The notes under the pieces were generated by a model that ran no database searches, was not told where the DNA came from, and was given only the letters and a program-made list of their open reading frames with translations. A stretch of 64,000 bases of DNA, from the NCBI GenBank assembly GCA_021325135.1, contig JAJPHT010000020.1, positions 99,721 through 163,720 on the forward strand, written 5' to 3'. The stretch's first letter is position 1; each line of letters starts with the position of its first letter. This document shows, in pieces, positions 18,461 through 27,711 of this stretch. The position numbers and the translations under genes were made by a program. The stretch comes from Pseudomonadota bacterium. Lineage in GTDB: Archaea; Thermoplasmatota; SW-10-69-26; JACQPN01; JAJPHT01.

Positions 18461-19765
18461 TCACCCCTCGCGTTGCGGCAGCGCGAGCGTGAACGCGGCG
18501 CCCTTGCCGCGCCCTTCGCTCTCCACCCAGACGCGGCCGCCGTGCGCCTCGGCGAGGCCGCGGGAGATGTAGAGGCCCAGCCCGGAGCCGCGCTCCTTGA
18601 CCTCGCCGCGCTCGTGGACCTGCGTGAACGGGTGGAAGAGGCGGCCCATCTCGTCCGGCGTGAGGCCGCGTCCGGTGTCGCGCACGCGCAGGCGCGCCTC
18701 GCCCTCCTCGGCGCAGCCCTCCAGCGTGACGGTGCCTCCGGAGGGCGTGAACTTCAGCGCGTTGGTGAGGAGGTTGTAGAGGACCTGCGTCACGCGCTCG
18801 GGGTCCGCCTGGACGGGCAGGCCCGCGTCGAGGCGCGCAAGGAGGGTGAGCCCGCGCGCCTCGGCGTCGGCGCGGAAGGCGTCCACCGCGGACTGGGCCA
18901 GCGCGCGCAGGTCCACGGGCTGCGGGTCGCAGCGCAGGGCGCCCGCCTCCAGGCGCGCGAGGTCCTTGATGTCGGCGACCAAGCGCTCCATCTGGGCGAG
19001 GTTGCGGCGCAGGAGGACCACGCGCTCGGGGGGCACGGCGCGGTCCGCGGGGATGAGGCTCATCTGGAGCTTCAGCGGCGTGAGCGGCGTCGCGAGGTCG
19101 TGCGCCAGGGTGTTGAGCATCTGCACGCGCAGGGCCTCCTGCTCGCGCAGGCGCGCCGCCATGCGCTCCAGCTCCTCCAGGTCGCGCTCGCGCAGGAGGG
19201 CCGAGTTCACGATGAGGCCCGAGGCGAGGAAGAGGAAGAAGGGGAGCGTGAGGGCGTTGCCCAGGCCGCCGGCCGCGGGGGCCAGGAGGACGGCCACGGC
19301 GCTCGCGCCTAGGACATTGACGCCCGCGATGAGCGCGGCGCCCCAGGAGCCCAGGAGCAGGCTCGCCATGAAGATGGGGAGGGCGAGGAAAAAGAGCGTC
19401 ATGCCGCCGCCCGTGGAGGGGAGCGCGAGGAGCCACGCGCCCCAGATGGCGGCCGAGGTCACGAGGATCGCGAGGTAGGAGGCCACGACATAGCGACGGC
19501 TCAGGCTCACGGGGTAGAGGCCCACCAGGAGCGCGACCGTGCCCGTCATGATCCACAACTGGGGGCCCAGGGGAGGGGGCGCGGCGCCCGGAAGAAGGAC
19601 GGTGAGCGCGGCGGCGAGCGCGCCCAGGGGGATGAGGATGGTGAGAAAAAGAGCGGTGTAACGGGAGCGTCGCCGCGCCTCGGCCCCCTCGACGCTCCGG
19701 GCCGGCTCGATGAGCCGGTCCAGGCGCGCCCGCCAGGCGGGACGTCGAGCGAGGGGCGCCGACAT
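18461..19765 (-). CDS. Membrane sensor histidine kinase
   Basis: About 6 TM helices; LAHDLATPL H-box, NLLTNALKF N-box, DTGRG, GSGLGL. Confidence 0.92.
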   Translation of the reverse strand: MSAPLARRPAWRARLDRLIEPARSVEGAEARRRSRYTALFLTILIPLGALAAALTVLLPGAAPPPLGPQLWIMTGTVALLVGLYPVSLSRRYVVASYLAILVTSAAIWGAWLLALPSTGGGMTLFFLALPIFMASLLLGSWGAALIAGVNVLGASAVAVLLAPAAGGLGNALTLPFFLFLASGLIVNSALLRERDLEELERMAARLREQEALRVQMLNTLAHDLATPLTPLKLQMSLIPADRAVPPERVVLLRRNLAQMERLVADIKDLARLEAGALRCDPQPVDLRALAQSAVDAFRADAEARGLTLLARLDAGLPVQADPERVTQVLYNLLTNALKFTPSGGTVTLEGCAEEGEARLRVRDTGRGLTPDEMGRLFHPFTQVHERGEVKERGSGLGLYISRGLAEAHGGRVWVESEGRGKGAAFTLALPQREG

Positions 19766-19831
19766 TCGGGCCGCTCTCTCGGCGCGGCGCTCTTCAAGGT
19801 GTCGTCGGGACCGTTTCCGGAGTCCGGAGAC

Positions 19832-20014
19832 CTACACCGTGCGGCCGGGGCCGGTGCGCCCGGTGACGAGGTGGTAGATGCCCAGGATGATGCCGACGAC
19901 CACGAGGATCCAGCCGATGTACATCAGGGGGCCCGCCAGCACGCCGAAGAACGGCAGGATGCTGAGGATGAGGCCGATGACGAGCAGGGTGATGCCAAGT
20001 CCGAGCGTTTGCAT
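19832..20014 (-). CDS. Small two-helix membrane protein
   Basis: 60 aa with two hydrophobic helices. Confidence 0.65.
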   Translation of the reverse strand: MQTLGLGITLLVIGLILSILPFFGVLAGPLMYIGWILVVVGIILGIYHLVTGRTGPGRTV

Positions 20015-20147
20015 GCCCTTGGCTGCCCTCGCGGGGGGTTAGCTCGTTGTGGCCGGAAGCTCGGTGGAGGCCTCCTGGTGGGCGCCTGACCGAACGGGTG
20101 CGGCGCGAGCTTCACCCCGATCAGACGCCGTTCTCAGGCCTGAGACC

Positions 20148-20501
20148 ATGGTCGGCCCCTCCTCCCCCCTCCGATCCGAGCGCGTCTACGAAGCCCTCTC
20201 CGACGCCCACGCGCGCCGCGTCGTGGCCGCCTGCGTGCCGTGCGCGAAGTCCGTGAAGCAGATCAGCCAGGAGGCGGACCTGCCGCTCGCCACGGCCTAC
20301 CGGCAGGTGGGCCGCCTGGTGGAGCGGGGGGTCCTCGTCGTGGAGCGGCGCGCGTTCACGCCGGAGGGGCGCATCTGCGACCTCTTCCGCTCGCGCATCC
20401 GCTCGGCGAGGATCGAGCTGGACGCCGCGGGCGAGCGCGTCGCGTGGGAGCCCAACGAGGCGCTCGCGGGGCCGCCCGCGGGCTGGCCGGCCCTGGCGTG
20501 A
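20148..20501 (+). CDS. Winged-HTH transcriptional regulator
   Basis: ALSDAHARRVV...SVKQISQEADLPLATAYRQVGRLVERG. Confidence 0.8.
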   Translation: MVGPSSPLRSERVYEALSDAHARRVVAACVPCAKSVKQISQEADLPLATAYRQVGRLVERGVLVVERRAFTPEGRICDLFRSRIRSARIELDAAGERVAWEPNEALAGPPAGWPALA

Positions 20502-20509
20502 CCGCCGCG

Positions 20510-20827
20510 TCACGGCGCCGACAGCGGCGTGTTGGCCTTCGCCTGCGACATGGCGACCGCGGCGGCGGAGAGCGCCCAGGTGGCGGCGCGCACCGTGCTC
20601 TCGAAGTCGGCGCCCGTCTCGGCCATGTGGCGCAGCGAGTCGGCGGCTTCGCGCGCCTGCTCGGCCGCGCGCGTGGCGACGTGGGTCTCGCGGCCCGGGC
20701 CGGAGTGGAGGAGGGCAAGGGCGCTGGCCTCGTCGGCGAGGATGCTGGCGATGCGCGCGAACTCCCCGGCGCGGGACGCGAGGCGCTTCGGGTCTGACGT
20801 GGTCGGGATGCGGACAGCCTCGGTCAT
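20510..20827 (-). CDS. Hypothetical helical protein
   Basis: GC3-biased ORF, Ala-rich helices. Confidence 0.5.
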   Translation of the reverse strand: MTEAVRIPTTSDPKRLASRAGEFARIASILADEASALALLHSGPGRETHVATRAAEQAREAADSLRHMAETGADFESTVRAATWALSAAAVAMSQAKANTPLSAP

Positions 20828-20894
20828 GGGGACCGGGCGGCGGCGTTCGCGGGGGCGTGGATGGTCCTTCCGGGGCAAACCTCGAAGGGTTGTG

Positions 20895-22640
20895 TTACCG
20901 ATCAAGCGTCCCCGGCGTGTAGTACGGGTTGGAGGCCGCGATGGCCTTCGTGTCCACGCCTGCGGGCGCGCCCGCGGGGAGCAGCGGCAGCGTGAGGGCG
21001 CTCTTCGCCAGGTCCAGGGTGAGCGCGGGCTCGTTGCCGTTGGCGTTGTACCACGAGGCGTCCTCGCCGAGGACCACCAGCGCGATGCGCTCGCCCTTGT
21101 GGAACACGGCCTCGGAGGGGTAGAGGTCCACGGGGACCGTCATGGCCTCGCCGGGGGCGACCGCGTCGCTCTGCGCGCGCCCGTTGCGCTGCTCCAGGCC
21201 GCGGCCGCCCTCGTCCACCCACCACCAGGCGCCCTTGTCGGTGACGTTGTAGAGCTGGACCACGACGTGCCCGTCGCCGGGCCGGTCCGCCGAGAGGCCC
21301 AGCACGAGGCGCGGCATGCCCGCGACGCGGACGTCCTGCGCCAGGGGCTCGCTCACGAACGTCGCGCTGGGCTGCGCGGGCGAGGCCGCGAGGGCGCCCT
21401 CCACCGGGAGCCCCAGGCCGTTGGTGGGCATGGCGTAGACGGTGACCGAGCCCGAGCCGGGCGCGTCCTGGAGCTTGCCCGGGGCGAGGTGGAGCGTGAG
21501 GTTCGTCGTCCCGCGAGGGGGCCAGTCCGTCTCGTTGCGCCAGCGCCCGTCGGTGTCCTGCACCTGGACGGCGGGCAGCGAGCCGGGGATGCCGTTGGCC
21601 TTGCCGTCGAGGTAGTGGTCGAACCACGCGACGATGGTGCTGTTCCAGTCGGGGCGGCTCCAGTCCTTGTTGTGGGTGTTGGACCACGGGATGTTGTGCT
21701 CCCACTGGCCCCACCACTGCATCTTCTCGCCGGGGATGAGGTCGAGGACCGCGCCGTTGTCGGGCTTCACGTTCCAGTCGGCGAGGCCGTGGACGAGGAA
21801 GACGCTGGCGTTGATCTTCGAGAACTTCGCGCTGAGGTTGCGCTCCTGCCAGAACGAGTCGTAGACGCCCTTCTCCGTGGTCGTGAGCGACTCCGCGAGG
21901 TGCGTGGCCTCCAGCGCGCAGACGTGCGTGGGGTCGACGACGGGCGCCTGCTGCTCGAGGAGGGGGTCGTAGCCGAAGCTCTCGTCCACCCAGTAGCGCG
22001 GGTAGAACGTCGGCCCCTGGAGGTAGTAGGGGGCTCCGTCCTGGTACTCGTAGCGGTAGAAGTCGGAGATGCCCTCGATGGGCACGATGGTCTTGAGGTG
22101 CTTGGGGGCTCCGATGGCGACCTCCCAGGGCGTCGTGCCGTCGTAGGAGACGCCCATGACGCCCACGTTGCCGTTGCTCCAGGGCTGCTCGCCGATCCAG
22201 TCGACGAACTCGGCCAATTCGCGCTGCTCGTCCGCTCCTCCGATCTCGAAGCACCCGCTGCTGTCCCCCGTGCCGGGCACGTTGGCGGCGACGTAGGCGA
22301 AGCCGTGCCCCAGCAGCATGCCGACGCCGAAGAAGTCGCCCGCGAAGCCGTAGAGGTCCCCCGTCCCGATGCCGTAGGACTCGTGGAAGTAGGGGCTGAT
22401 CTGCGCGACGACGCCGAAGCGCTCGCCGGGCTGCGGGTCGTGGGGCAGGTAGACCGTGCCGCGGACGTGCGTGCCGTCCTTGGCCGCGAAGTCCAGCGCC
22501 TTGAGCGCGGGCGTCACGTTGGCCGTGGGCAGCACCGGCGCCGCGACGCTGGCGGGCGACACGGTGCCGGCGGGGGCCTGGGAGACGCAGCCCGCGAGGG
22601 CGGCCGACGCAAGGAGGGCAGCGAGGACGATGGCTCTCAG
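20895..22640 (-). CDS. CocE/NonD (peptidase S15-like) serine hydrolase lipoprotein; probable CTG start
   Basis: GVSYDG nucleophile motif, PWSNGNVG, HGLADWNV, GQWEH; in-frame upstream lipobox LAGC; GGAGG 7 nt before CTG at 22640. Confidence 0.88.
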   Translation of the reverse strand: MRAIVLAALLASAALAGCVSQAPAGTVSPASVAAPVLPTANVTPALKALDFAAKDGTHVRGTVYLPHDPQPGERFGVVAQISPYFHESYGIGTGDLYGFAGDFFGVGMLLGHGFAYVAANVPGTGDSSGCFEIGGADEQRELAEFVDWIGEQPWSNGNVGVMGVSYDGTTPWEVAIGAPKHLKTIVPIEGISDFYRYEYQDGAPYYLQGPTFYPRYWVDESFGYDPLLEQQAPVVDPTHVCALEATHLAESLTTTEKGVYDSFWQERNLSAKFSKINASVFLVHGLADWNVKPDNGAVLDLIPGEKMQWWGQWEHNIPWSNTHNKDWSRPDWNSTIVAWFDHYLDGKANGIPGSLPAVQVQDTDGRWRNETDWPPRGTTNLTLHLAPGKLQDAPGSGSVTVYAMPTNGLGLPVEGALAASPAQPSATFVSEPLAQDVRVAGMPRLVLGLSADRPGDGHVVVQLYNVTDKGAWWWVDEGGRGLEQRNGRAQSDAVAPGEAMTVPVDLYPSEAVFHKGERIALVVLGEDASWYNANGNEPALTLDLAKSALTLPLLPAGAPAGVDTKAIAASNPYYTPGTLDR

Positions 22641-22937
22641 GGAGAAGCCTCCGAGGCGCGAGCGGCCCCCGGGGGGCTTAACGATTTGCGCGCCAGCCTT
22701 GACCGATACGAGCCGCCGGGGGGCGATCCAGGCGGGGATTTTTCTCGTGTGGAGCCTGAGCTAGGGTTCTCCCGGGAATGCCGCTCCCCGCCGCCCGCCG
22801 CAGGGCCCCCCACGCGGGAGCGCCAGCGACCCGGATCCGCTTGGCCGGGCTCCGCAAGGCCGGCGGGAACCCGCACGCGGCGTCCCGAAAAGGGATTTAG
22901 CCTGCGGCGCGGGTCCGTGCGGCCGGGAGGCGCGCCC

Positions 22938-23363
22938 TTGCGCACGCTGGCAGTCCTCGTCGTCCTCGTCTTCCTTGGCGTCCCCGCGCTGGCGGCTGCG
23001 CCCTCCGGCTGCGTGCCCCAGTGCGAGGTGCCCAGCGCGGAGAGCGGCTACGTCCCGCCCGCGACCGTCGTGCCCTCGGGCTCCAACGTGACGTGGTCCT
23101 CGCTGGACCGCGCGCACACGGCCACCGAGCCGGGCGTCCCGGCGTCGCAGGCGTGCGTGAACGTCCTCTACGGCCCCGCGCCCGGCCACGCCCGGTTCGC
23201 CATCCACAACGGATCGCTCTGGGCGCAGCAGCCCCTTCAATTGGAGAAGCGCTGCTCCACCGCGAGCCTCCAGCGCGACGGCTCGTGGCTCCTGGAATAC
23301 CACTGCCTCTACCACTCGCAGATGGTCGGCTTCCTCCTCGTCCGCCCCGAGGCCTCCCCATGA
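22938..23363 (+). CDS. Secreted cupredoxin (type-1 blue copper protein); TTG start
   Basis: Signal peptide; VTW...AHTAT and YHCLYHSQM give His, Cys-x2-His-x2-Met ligands; GGGAGG upstream. Confidence 0.8.
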   Translation: MRTLAVLVVLVFLGVPALAAAPSGCVPQCEVPSAESGYVPPATVVPSGSNVTWSSLDRAHTATEPGVPASQACVNVLYGPAPGHARFAIHNGSLWAQQPLQLEKRCSTASLQRDGSWLLEYHCLYHSQMVGFLLVRPEASP

Positions 23364-24613
23364 CCCGCGCCCTCCTCGCCCTCGCCGCCGCGCTGCTCCT
23401 CCTGCCCCTGGGCCTCCACGCCTCGGCCGCCGGGCCGCGCACGCTCACCGTGTCGCCCACGGGGGATTACCACACCATCCAGGCTGCGGTGGATGCGGCG
23501 AGCCCGGGGGACACGGTGCTCGTGGCGCCGGGCGTGTACCAGGAGGCGGTGTCGGTCTCGACGCCGGACGTCACCATCCGCGGCGAGGACCGCGAGGGCG
23601 TCGTGCTCGACGGGGGCGAGGCGCTGGGCAATGCGTTCACCGTGACTGCGGACGGCGTGACGCTGGCGAGCATGACGGCGCAGCACTACGCCAGCAACGG
23701 CTTCGTGTTCACCCGCGTCGATGGCTGCCGCTTCGACGACCTGCACGCCAAGGACAACGGCGAGTACGGCCTCTACGCGGTGCACTCGCGCCACTGCGTC
23801 ATGGAGAACAGCCTCGCGGAGGGGCACGGCGACTCGGGCTTCTACCTGGGCGAGACGGTGGACTGCGACTGCGACGTGCAGGACAACGTGGGCTGGAACA
23901 ACATGCTGGGCTACTCGGGCACGGCCAACTCCCACATCCGCATCCACGGCAACGACTTCTTCTGGAACCGCGCGGGCATCCTGCTTTCCGTGCTGCCCGA
24001 CGAGATGGGCGCGGACGTCTGCCCCGACCCCGCGGGCGGGTCCCCCGCTCCCGGCGACGCGTGCCCCGGCGTCACGCCCTACGGCCTCCAGACGCGCACG
24101 GAGGTCTACGGCAACCACGTGCACGACAACAACAACCACACCCGCGCGACGGGCCTCTTCGCGACGGTCCACCCGCCGGTGGGCGAGGGCATCGTCATCT
24201 CCGGCGGCTGGAACGACGACGTGCACGACAACCTCGTCGAGGACAACCACCTCTGGGGCGTCGGCATCTTCTGGCTCACGACGCCGCCCCGCGGCAACTT
24301 CGTCCACGACAACCAGATCAGCGGCGGCCGGTACGGCATCTGGTGGGACGAGCAGGGCGAGGACCACTGCTTCGCCAACAACGCCATCACCGACGTCCGC
24401 GTCGCCAGCGACCCGGCGGTCCTCCCCTCGTGCCCGGGCCCCGCGGGCGATCTGCCCTGCCCCGCCGCGCTCTCAGATTACGCCGCGTGCCGCGCCAACG
24501 ACGCGCGGGCGCCCTCGGCGGCCAAGGACGCGGGCCTCGCATGGCGCTCGTACTGGGACCTCGACCCGTCGCAGGACGCGCCCGCGACGAAGCCCACCGG
24601 GGACGGTGCGTAG
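23360..24613 (+). CDS. Secreted right-handed parallel beta-helix protein (NosD/pectin-lyase-like)
   Basis: TIQAAVDAASPGDTVLVAPGVY start, Asn-ladder repeats; ATGA overlap with the cupredoxin gene. Confidence 0.85.
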   Translation: MTRALLALAAALLLLPLGLHASAAGPRTLTVSPTGDYHTIQAAVDAASPGDTVLVAPGVYQEAVSVSTPDVTIRGEDREGVVLDGGEALGNAFTVTADGVTLASMTAQHYASNGFVFTRVDGCRFDDLHAKDNGEYGLYAVHSRHCVMENSLAEGHGDSGFYLGETVDCDCDVQDNVGWNNMLGYSGTANSHIRIHGNDFFWNRAGILLSVLPDEMGADVCPDPAGGSPAPGDACPGVTPYGLQTRTEVYGNHVHDNNNHTRATGLFATVHPPVGEGIVISGGWNDDVHDNLVEDNHLWGVGIFWLTTPPRGNFVHDNQISGGRYGIWWDEQGEDHCFANNAITDVRVASDPAVLPSCPGPAGDLPCPAALSDYAACRANDARAPSAAKDAGLAWRSYWDLDPSQDAPATKPTGDGA

Positions 24614-24616
24614 GCC

Positions 24617-25456
24617 ATGCGCTCGCGGTGGGTCCTCGGCGCGCTGGCGCTCCTCCTTCTGGCCTCCTCCAGCGGGCTCTCCGCGCCGCCCGCGCCGCCG
24701 CAGGCGCGCAGCTTCACGCTGGAGGCGACCGCAGTGCCCTGCCCCGCGGGCCGCGACCCCTACGGCGACGGCATCTGCCTCGCCTACAACGGCCAGATCC
24801 CCGGCCCCACGCTTGATATCAATCTCCTGGACAACGTGACGCTGACGCTCGTCAACCACGTCCCGCAGACGGTGTGGAGCCTGCCGCCGGGGCACGACGA
24901 CGTGAAGGCGCGCCTCGCGGCGTCGGGCGTCAGCTTCCACCTGCACGGCACGGCGCTCTCGGTGAAGGAGGACGGGCTCTCCTCCGCCATGGGGGCGACG
25001 TTCTTCGACTCCTACGCGCCGCCCAACGGCTCGTTCACCTACCACTTCCGCGCGGTCTACAACGGCACCTGGCAGTACCACGACCACGTGCTGGGCCTCG
25101 ACGGCATGGAGGGCGACGCGCGCGGCCTCGCGGGCACGCTGGCGATCCGCTCGGGGGGCGAGGTGCGCCCTGACGCCATCGTGGACGTGCACGCCATGGA
25201 CGCGGGCCCCTTTGTCCTCCAGAACGGCACGGTCCACCCGGGCGGCAGCTTCGAGCTTCTTGAGACGGTCCTGGGCGACTGGACGTGGACGTTCACGCTC
25301 ACGGACCCCGCGGGCGCCGTGGTGCGCACCCTGGATCTGGGCCCCGGGCAGGCGGAGCACGTCGTCGTCACGGGCGCCGCGGCGGGAAGCTATCGCTGGA
25401 GCGTCTCCGACGACATCCGCGGCGACGCGTACCACGGGACGGTGGTCGTCCAATGA
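24617..25456 (+). CDS. Multicopper-oxidase subunit A: small-laccase domain 1 plus a ligand-less second domain
   Basis: Signal peptide; YNGQIPGPTL, SFHLHG, GTWQYHDHV...GLAG. Confidence 0.8.
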   Translation: MRSRWVLGALALLLLASSSGLSAPPAPPQARSFTLEATAVPCPAGRDPYGDGICLAYNGQIPGPTLDINLLDNVTLTLVNHVPQTVWSLPPGHDDVKARLAASGVSFHLHGTALSVKEDGLSSAMGATFFDSYAPPNGSFTYHFRAVYNGTWQYHDHVLGLDGMEGDARGLAGTLAIRSGGEVRPDAIVDVHAMDAGPFVLQNGTVHPGGSFELLETVLGDWTWTFTLTDPAGAVVRTLDLGPGQAEHVVVTGAAAGSYRWSVSDDIRGDAYHGTVVVQ

Positions 25457-26241
25457 AGGCCAGCGTCGTGATCGCGGCCCTGCTCCTGGCGCCCGCTCTC
25501 GCAGCGCCCGCCGTGGGGCAGTTCCCCATGCAGGTCCCGGGCACCGACGTCTACCTCGACGGCGCGCCCGACCGCGTGTTCGACCTGGTCATGCAGGGGC
25601 ACACCATCAACCTCCAGGGCTACCCGGGCGACGGACTGCCCGCGGGCGCCGGCCTCGTGCTGGAGGCGTACCTGGGGGACCGCGTGCAGTTCACCGTCGC
25701 CGTGCCCGCCACCGCGGAGCCGCACACCTTCCACCTGCACGGGCACCCGTGGTTCGCGCCCACCGTGGGCCGCATGGTGGACACCTGGCTCCTGCACCCC
25801 GGCGACGTGCACTCCTTCAGCGTCGTCGCGGGCGGCATCGACGGCAACGCCGGCGACTGGATGTTCCACTGCCACCTCGCCACGCACGCGGCCTCCGGCA
25901 TGTGGGGCATCTTCCGCGTCTACCCGTACCGCTCGGTGATCCCGCCCATCCTGCCCGGGCCGCAGCGCGGCGGCGCCTTCGACGTGCATCTGGACCGCCT
26001 GGGCGTCCCCGTGGACGGAGCGCACCTCATGGTGCAAGTGGACGGCAAGCCGCTCCCCGCGCAGGTGACGCCCCTGGGCGGCGGCGCGTACCGCGTGGGC
26101 GCGGACCTCCCCGCGACGGGCGTCCTCGTCGTCACGGCGCACCACCCCGACCTGGGCGTCAGCGTCGCGCGCGTGGGCCTGGGCGGGACGCCCGTGCCGC
26201 CCCTCACCGCGCAGATGGACGCCATGGCGCACGCCGCGTGA
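25453..26241 (+). CDS. Multicopper-oxidase subunit B: small-laccase domain 2 with T1 site plus a C-terminal beta domain
   Basis: Own signal peptide; GDRVQF, HTFHLHGH, GDWMFHCHLATHAASGM; ATGA overlap. Confidence 0.85.
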   Translation: MKASVVIAALLLAPALAAPAVGQFPMQVPGTDVYLDGAPDRVFDLVMQGHTINLQGYPGDGLPAGAGLVLEAYLGDRVQFTVAVPATAEPHTFHLHGHPWFAPTVGRMVDTWLLHPGDVHSFSVVAGGIDGNAGDWMFHCHLATHAASGMWGIFRVYPYRSVIPPILPGPQRGGAFDVHLDRLGVPVDGAHLMVQVDGKPLPAQVTPLGGGAYRVGADLPATGVLVVTAHHPDLGVSVARVGLGGTPVPPLTAQMDAMAHAA

Positions 26242-26343
26242 GGCCGAACCCGTCATCTCTCGTCCATTCGTTGTTATCAACGGCGGGGCGAAATCGATGC
26301 GATTAAGCCCACCCCTGCCGCTGGCCGCTCCCAAGGTGGCGCG

Positions 26344-26469
26344 ATGCCGGACACCCCGCCCATCCGTAACGCCCGTTGTCGACGATGCGGGAAACCCGCC
26401 GAGCTCCCCACGGCCGTGCTGGGGGAGATGCGCTGCAGGTGCGGCCTCATGCGGGCCTACGCGATGTGA
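26344..26469 (+). CDS. 41-aa zinc-ribbon microprotein (not in the ORF track)
   Basis: MPDTPPIRNARCRRCGKPAELPTAVLGEMRCRCGLMRAYAM; AGGTGG and ATTAAG upstream. Confidence 0.5.
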   Translation: MPDTPPIRNARCRRCGKPAELPTAVLGEMRCRCGLMRAYAM

Positions 26470-27567
26470 TCAGCGCCGCGCCGTGAGCCAGGCCTCGGCG
26501 CGCTCGCCCGCGTAGCGCGTGGGGTCGCGGTTCACGAACTCCACCATGGGGCCGAGGCGCTCCGCCATGGCGTTGGCGGCCAGGAAGCCGACGCCGCCCG
26601 CGAGGACGGCCCACGGGATGGTGGCCCAGTCCAGGGGCACGGTGAAGACGAGGCGCGGCGCGAGGGCCCAGTAGGCGTAGGAGCCGCCCACGGCCAGCGC
26701 GAGGGTGACGAGGAGGCGCTGCGCGGAGCCTTCGGCCACGATCCAGGCGACCTCCACCGCGGCGCCGATGGCGACGACGTGCCAGGGGACCGCGCTGATG
26801 GGCCAGCCGGTGGCGGCGAGCACCGCGTTGGCGGCGAAGCGCTCCACCGCGAAGGCGGCGAGCACGCCCAGGGCGACGCCGCGGACGCCGGTCACCTGGC
26901 GCACCAGCACGGCGAAGAGGATGCCGATGGCCAGGGCGTAGGCCGGGTAGAGCACGTGGGGCAGGCCGCCGTAGTACGGGTCCTTCACCATGTCCGCGTA
27001 GCCCTGGATCTCCAAGCCCACGACGTAGAGGCTGTTGCCGTGGAAGTGGTTCCACGCGCCCACGACGGTGTACTCGTTGTAGCCCAGGGGGAAGGCCAGG
27101 GCCTCGAAGAGGAAGAGGAGGAGCAGCCCGAAGACGCCCCACCGGGCGGGGGTGAGGCGCGCCTCGCGGACGCGCGTGCCGGGGCGCCAGCCGGCCTCTG
27201 CCAGGAAGAGGAGGACGATGCCCGCCACGGTGATGGTGGTGCCGTAGAAGAGCATGAGGTGGCTGGGGCTCCACGTGGTGAGGTCCAGCCCGAAGATCTG
27301 GTGCCACGCCTGGTCGAAGGGGATGGCCGCCAGGAAGACGGCGAAGCCCGCCAGGATGACGTTGAGCGCGGGCTGCGTTGCCTCGGTGCGCGCGCGCCAC
27401 GAGAGGAGCAGCGCCACGGAGATGAGGACGAAGCCCACCATGTTGACGACGTGGGGGGGCGAGATGGTCTCGCGCAGGAGGCGGAAGTGCCAGGAGACGT
27501 CCCAGGCGGAGCTGACCAGCTTCAGGGCGAGCCCGGCGATCCAGAGCGTCCAGACGGTGCGGCGCAT
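26470..27567 (-). CDS. Polytopic membrane protein with two PmoC/AmoC-like DxxWH...PxH metal motifs
   Basis: WDVSWHFRLLRETISPPH and FDQAWHQIFGLDLTTWSPSH; TTAAGTA TATA box near 27603-27609. Confidence 0.75.
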   Translation of the reverse strand: MRRTVWTLWIAGLALKLVSSAWDVSWHFRLLRETISPPHVVNMVGFVLISVALLLSWRARTEATQPALNVILAGFAVFLAAIPFDQAWHQIFGLDLTTWSPSHLMLFYGTTITVAGIVLLFLAEAGWRPGTRVREARLTPARWGVFGLLLLFLFEALAFPLGYNEYTVVGAWNHFHGNSLYVVGLEIQGYADMVKDPYYGGLPHVLYPAYALAIGILFAVLVRQVTGVRGVALGVLAAFAVERFAANAVLAATGWPISAVPWHVVAIGAAVEVAWIVAEGSAQRLLVTLALAVGGSYAYWALAPRLVFTVPLDWATIPWAVLAGGVGFLAANAMAERLGPMVEFVNRDPTRYAGERAEAWLTARR

Positions 27568-27711
27568 CGAGGCCCTCCGGCGGCGTTCGAGGGCCGCGGC
27601 CATACTTAACCTCGCCCCCGCCGACGTCCCGGCAAGAAGGGGAAAAGCTCAAACGCGCCGCCGCGGGCCGCAAAGGAGATAGCGCGCCCCCGGGCTCGCC
27701 CGTTGCCACCC

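Noticed and set aside
23360-27567. Nitrous oxide reductase (nos), nirK, or a true pMMO/AMO operon
   Set aside because: No nosZ/F/Y and no pmoA/pmoB; the MCO motifs fit small-laccase T2/T3 sites, and domain 1 lacks the T1 Cys expected of NirK
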